Both the position numbers and the translations under genes were made by a program. Source: Eledone cirrhosa (Eukaryota). Taken from it: a stretch of 64,000 nt of DNA. Below the pieces are notes generated by a model. That model saw only the letters and a program-made list of their open reading frames with translations. It was not told where the DNA came from and did no database searches. Position 1 is the first letter of the stretch, and every line of letters starts with the position of its first letter. The DNA is taken from NCBI GenBank assembly GCA_964016885.1, contig OZ024742.1:103292001-103356000 (forward strand), written 5' to 3'. Below, one piece after another: positions 57,607-64,000 of this stretch.

Positions 57607-58625
57607 GTATGCATGATGCAGGCCCCGAACCTATTTGAGCAGTCAATAGCCTCGCTTGAGTACCTACATGGTCAGTGATCACACGTCCAACACTTATTAG
57701 CGGTGATGATGGATATTAAACGATAATGATGATGATGACGACGACGACGAATATGATGATGATGATGATGATGGGGATGTTGATCATGATGATGATGTTG
57801 ATGAGGATGGGGATGATGAGGATAATGAAGATGATGACACACTCCAGTTGTCATCTTCATTGATTCCATGTACCCCGAATATTATGTGATCTACATTCCA
57901 CCCCACACCTGACTTTCTCGCATTGCACCATCTTTTTAATCTATTCAGGCACAGTTCCACCACAGGGAACACATCAAGATGCCACCTGTTGAAATAAACC
58001 AACTTTTAACCCCACCACCCGACTAATCTCTACAACTTCCAGCATACACCTGAATTGCATACAATTGAATTCCAAACTTACCTGTAATCACCCAATCATA
58101 GCTCCTTACCTGAAAAAAAAAAAAAAAAAAAAATTAAATGTGCATTCCACCCAATCAGATTTTATCTTTACACACACCACCCTAAAAAAAAGCACCGACA
58201 CCACCACCGCCACCACCTTCACCACCATCACAAGTTGCCACCCTAAACAACGATGATGTCAGATTTGATAGTGAACAATCAGCCGATTTCTAAATCTTAC
58301 AAAAAAGTTTTGTTATGACTCATGTAACACTGACTGAATCACCAATCTCGCTTGAATTACTATCTCTTTTGACCAATTCATGCATTGTGTGTGTATGTAT
58401 GTGTGTCTTCTCTCTTTATGTTTAAGTATGTATATTTGTATGTATGTTTATATGTATGTATGTATGTACGTACGTATGATGTATGTATGTATGTATGTAT
58501 GTATGTATGTATGTATGTATGTATGTATGTATGTATGTATGCATGTACGGATGTATGTATGTATCAATGTACGTATGTATGCATGATTGTATGTATGTGT
58601 GTATGTATGTATGTACGTATGTATG

Positions 58626-58664
<39 letters not shown>

Positions 58665-58950
58665 GTGTGTGTGTGGAGATGTATGTATATACAAACATAT
58701 GCGTATACATGCATATGTATACCTGAAGATTTATTTATTTCCTACGCAGGTATTTGGATTTACTGCATGACTTATCGTAATTAGCAGCATCCATTAATGA
58801 CTAATTAATTTCATTGATTTCAAGAAGGAAGGAAGAAAGGAAGAAAGTAATGGAAATTATGACTAAGCAAAGGGAATCATCTGCCACTCCGATTCGAACT
58901 CGGGATTTCTGGATCTGTTCTTCGGACGGTTAACTTTACCTTGTGTTTTC

Positions 58951-59019
<69 letters not shown>

Positions 59020-59454
59020 TCAGCGACGGATTTACCATTGTGCTTAGGAGTGCTTAAGCACAGGGTCCCGTTGGCCAGGGGGACCAGTCTTCCTGTGCAG
59101 GCCTACTGGGCTTACCTATTTCAGGACAAAAGTAAGGGGCCACATAACTTAACTAGTACAGGGCTTTATTTGTCCTAAAGCCACATAAAATGCGATGAAA
59201 ATTATTAAAATATTTATTATATATATATATATTAGAATATAGTTGTTGCCCCAAACCAGGTAACCATGATAATGGTTGAAAAGATTTAGGTAAAGTATTC
59301 TTGTGGATGACAAAACGTGGACCGTCCGTCTCTGTCCACTTTTTACTCCGTCTCCTAAGGTACTTTACCCGATATATTTAACTATTTAATAATAGTTATC
59401 AACTATTATTATAGTTATCGGCATTGGGGCAACTGTATTTGAAATTTCCCAACG

Positions 59455-59532
<78 letters not shown>

Positions 59533-60327
59533 CCACCCCGTAATATTACGTAATCATTTGAAATGTCTTGTCAAAATAAAGACGAACGCTAAATTCCTTT
59601 AAGGTTTTTCAAATAACTTTTCCCGCTTCTATATGGTAAATTCAATGTTTATATTATAAAGCCATCTCTCACGAGTAACGTGTCAAAACAATAACATCAC
59701 AAACATTGTTTGAGACTACATAACAATAAATCAACCTTTCTCTGACTTTATTTGATCTTTTCTCATTGACAAAATTGTGTTTACCATATTTGGAGGAAAA
59801 CAATAGCAAACACTTGTCATACTACAAGCAGCTTTCTGATTCATCATACACGCGGATGACTAATGCAAATATGTATGTCAGTATATGTGGTAAGGGAGGT
59901 AACTAATACTGAATGAGGGAGATAACTTTTAATTCCATAAATTATTACTTCTATAATCATAAATTCAACAAGCAAATGGAGTATAATACAAATAAATAAA
60001 AATAGGAAAAAATAATCGTTTCTGCATTTGGTACAAGGCCAGTAATTTGAAGGGGAAATTCAATTAAATCTACTCCAGGGCATTTCTGGTACTTTATTTT
60101 AGCAGTAATGCTCTGAGGTTCATTTAATCAAATTGCTGGCCTTGTGTCAAATGCAGAAATAATTATTTTTCCTATTTTAATTTTTAATACACAAAAAAAA
60201 AAGATAAAAAACGCAATAAAAATAATAAAAGAAAAAATTGGGGGAGAAGACCCACAAACTTAACCACAAGCCACAGCAAGGGGTGTTGGAGTTTCCTATC
60301 TAATATTGTTTTAAATAAAGGTATATT

Positions 60328-62360
60328 CTTCTTCTTCTTCTTCTTGAGAGAGTCGTGGGGGCAGAGTCCCCAAAGACTTCTTCCAGCGAGTCCTGTCAGA
60401 AACAACCGTCTCCAACTGATCCAGTTGAATTCCCAAGCGAGACCAACCAATCTCATGGATGTTATCCAACCATCTTGTCCGGGGTCTACCCTTGGGTCTC
60501 CTGCCGGTTGGTTTCGCCCGTAAAATCTGTCCAGCAATTCTTTCCTGAGATATTCTAACCACATGCACGTAACATCGGAATTGTGATCTCTCAATTTGGA
60601 GAAGTAGCGGCTCTGGAGTGATTCTCTGATCTCCGAGCTACGTACTCTATCGAATAACATTATTCCAAAGATCATTCGGAAGAACCTATTTTGGCCGCTT
60701 GTATTCGTATTCTTTCGGATTGGCACGAATGCCGAATTGAAGATAGTGAATACCTTCTTTCTTTGAACATCTCGGGCCGAATTCCATATTCCCCAGCGGC
60801 GTTGCCCTATTTGAGCTCTTAAATTGCTCTTTTGACCTCAGCCTCAGATGAACCTCACAGAAGATGCTGTTGTGATGGTGTTTAGGAAATCAGCAAATTG
60901 TTCGTTCCACCTTGTGCGGATGCACCTCTTTGTAGAAAGGAGAACCTCAGATACGTCCCGATAGCATGTGTGGAGGACTTCTTATTACGAAGTCGGCGGA
61001 TTGTCTGCCAGAACACTTTATTTCAGTTTAATCCCAAACTCCTTCCATGTCTTAACTTTGGACGCCTTTACTGTATCTACTGCGATTCTCGTGCCTGCTT
61101 GTACCGAAAGTGCAAGAAGTAGGACTTATTTCCAAGCCAAGCTTTGTAGGCCTCCCCTTTTCTCGGATAGCATCTTTGAGCCCTTGATTGAATTAAGGGG
61201 TCCTCCTGCCATCCGGCACCAAATTAAGCCTCTTTCACCCACAGCATTTAACAGCTGAAGCAGAAACTTCTGAAATGAACAGTCTTCATTTCGTTTCAAC
61301 GTCCTCAGTTTGCTCAGGGAGTTCTCTGAATGTGGATGCAGTAGTATCTGCATACCTGGTCCTCCTTTCCTTATTCACTACCGCTTCCCATTTTATCCTG
61401 TAAATCGACCTGGACCTGACAGTTTTGTGAGCTTCTTTGGCTTTACTTTGCAGATAACTAGATGGTGATCAGTTGACAGCTCAGCTCCTCTCTTAACAGG
61501 AACATACAGTTATGGATCGAAGAAATCAGAAACAAAATCAATTATTTATCTCTGTCTCTGATTCTCCTTATACCATGTCACTGTGTTGGAACAAGGTGTT
61601 CATAATACAGAATGCATTACTAGAACAGAAGTCTAATAATGCCTCTCCATTCATATCAAGATCGGGATCGCAATTCCTTCCAATCACTCCTTTCGATACC
61701 AGATGGTCAGTGTCAACATGTGCATTGAAATCTCCCATTGGGACATATGACTCAGTCTTAACTACGTCTAATGCTGTAGTGACTTCATCAAGAAAGGATC
61801 TGTATTCAGACTCCTTGTTTGGTGCATAAACTGGCATCACCCCCAGAGACCTATCTTTCAGCCTAAGCTTCAAGAGGCAAACCCTCCCTCCTAATGGTAT
61901 CCAGTCCATAACACATTCTGACAGCCGAGGGCTAGTGAGGATCCACACACCCATCAAATGCAGTCACTTCTGGCGCCACATCGGAATAGTGGAGTTTCCA
62001 TCCTCCATTCAAATCAACAGTATCAGAATCACGGAACTTTGTTGAAGAAACCCTGACTATATCTAGCCGGTAGCATCTCACTAGTTTCTGCTCCTTACCT
62101 GTAAGGGTTATGATGTTCTAGGTCCCAATTGTCAAGGATCACTCTCTTCCGAACCCTCTTTTGAGTCTCTGGACACGCAATCTTTGTGCGTTCGTCCCAT
62201 GTCTCCCAGGACAGGTCACATGCACATCGCCAGATTTTACAGCATGAAATGTATACTGCAATTTTTTTCCCGAACAAACCCCTCTACCTAAGATCTGAAC
62301 GCGTCCCTTATTAAGTCGCGCGAAGGGCAATGCAATATGATTATTTTTCGTTCCTCTCAC
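60328..62360 (-). mobile_element. Internally deleted, decayed RTE-clade LINE
   Basis: APE motifs ILDNW(N).., VYAPN, MGDFNAHV, NGEALLDFC and STDHHLV. The 3' part reads HVVRISQER..GRRPKGRPRTRWLD and ends in a (GAA)n tail. Most of the RT is missing. Confidence 0.85.
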
Positions 62361-62989
62361 CTTATTGCAGTTTTGGTGGTTTTATTCGCGCCAGTCACCA
62401 ATCTGGTTCTTTCTCAAACGCGCGAAAACTATGCCTTTACTCGCCTCATCATATCTTCATCACTGGGTTGTGAGAGTTTTCTTGGGAGCTAAAGTTGTCA
62501 CCTATTGCTGCATCTCTCCTAGTAGTTTACCGCTCTTGGTCCGGGTTTGCTTATTCGTCCGGCAAGTGCTCACTTATATTGCAACTAAGCATTATATCTG
62601 GTGGCCGTATCGCTATCCACCACCCTCTACCCGTTCTCTCACAGAACAGCCTTGTCGAAAGAATTACTAGGTATAGTTTATTAATATCACATACAATTTA
62701 TATAATGCATAAAACTGTAGATATCGACAGTCAATCGACAAGATCCCAGACCTCATTCGCTTAAAAAGTCGGGTGGAGCTCATCAAATCGGACCGAGGAA
62801 ACAATGTTTCCATTGGTCTTTCCAATTACCAATACTATCTGTCGGTTGTAAATCCAGGCAGAATGAGCAGCATGAAATAAAGTGTCTTGCTCAAGGACAT
62901 AACGCATCTCCCGGTTCGGGAATCGAAATCACAACCTCACGAATGCGAATCCAATTCTCTAACCACTCTGCCACACACCTTCACTGTAG

Positions 62990-63300
62990 ATATAAAGGGT
63001 AAAGACTCCCTTCGGTCACGAATGACCATGGGATTTGCGCCTAGAAAGTTTACCTCCGAGGCACAAGTCTGGGCAAGGTTGTTTGTGGAAGACCAGCAGT
63101 CACCCATGCATACCAGTCTCCCCTCTCCACGCCACCTATGTTGTCCAAGGGAAAGGCAATGGCCGATACAGCTTGACACCAGTGACGTCGCAACTCATTT
63201 CTACAGCTGAGTAAACTGGAGCAACGTGAAATAGAGTGTCTTGCTCAAGGATACAACGCATCACCCGGTCCGAGAATCGATCTCACAAACTTCCGATTGC
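62990..63300 (-). mobile_element. tRNA/CORE-like SINE with an extended 3' body
   Basis: Shares gcaacgtgaaat..gtgtcttgctcaagg with the OR-like copies but has a different tail. Confidence 0.6.
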
Positions 63301-64000
63301 AAGCTCTAATATAGGGTATTAAAAAGGAAGAAAAGGGAGATAATAAGAAAGAAAAAGGCGAAAGACACGCACACTTAATCAACGCTACAACAAAGGGCGC
63401 TGGAGTTTGCCTTTAATAATTTTTGAGGCAAGCCAACACACTAGCAGCATTGCTATGACTGATAGTGAGGCTAAAACGTTGGAATAACCGAACACTCTCA
63501 CCAGGAACATCATTTGTCGGCAAGGCGCGCCTCCAACAATGACAAGAAATTCCTTGTCTGCGACCCAGCTCCCCAAACATATCTTACGGTGAAACATTAG
63601 TTTGCCGATAATTCCTGCTATTTTAGACTTTTATTCTGTTTAGCTATGGATATAAAGACCCTCATCTTCGCCGATACATCCCGTGTTGTATATAACCTTT
63701 ACAATGTAAATAATACTTGCGTTACTAGTCTAAATGGTCAGCGATTGAATTTTCGTTTGTTTTTCGATGGTTACAGTGAGTGTGAAGAAAATGGCAGTTC
63801 CTATAATATTTTCAGGTGTTCTTAAACAGTAGAACTGTAATAAATTGATGAGTTTTATGTAGTAGGGCGCGAGACGTACCATCGAAATATCGTAAGTTCG
63901 ATTCTTGGACCGAGCTGCTCGCGTTGCTCCAGTCCACTTAGCTGAAAATGAGTACCAGAAGTAACTGGGAGTTAATCCTGCGTTGAACTAGCTTCACGAA

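Noticed and set aside
56713-57869. Thr/Asn-rich and His-rich short ORFs
   Set aside because: They derive from (GTT)n/(GGT)n/(GAT)n trinucleotide repeats and have no other coding evidence.

Overview
This is AT-rich, repeat-dominated eukaryotic DNA, and I can support no host protein-coding exon in it. The abundant tRNA-derived SINEs resemble the octopus OK/OR families, so an Octopus intron or intergenic region is likely (inference). The main content is a near-intact Penelope-like element (PLE; RT plus GIY-YIG, about 47903-53685) arranged as a partial tandem with an inverted 5' segment. There is also a Neptune-like GIY-YIG fragment, decayed RTE, R4/Dong, CRE, Tx1/L1 and CR1 LINE pieces, two Helitron derivatives, a mariner relic, MITEs and very long (TA)n tracts. 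The most interesting signal is a set of about eight sequence-unrelated families carrying type I hammerhead ribozyme (HHR) motifs. Most sit in (TA)n microsatellites as head-to-head inverted pairs, with 3' ends pointing outward and the short arm often starting at or inside the ribozyme. One family is a 427-bp non-coding, terminally redundant unit with a canonical HHR (38411-38929), which matches a circular-RNA-derived non-LTR retrozyme. All folds and alignments were done by eye and need computational and biochemical confirmation.
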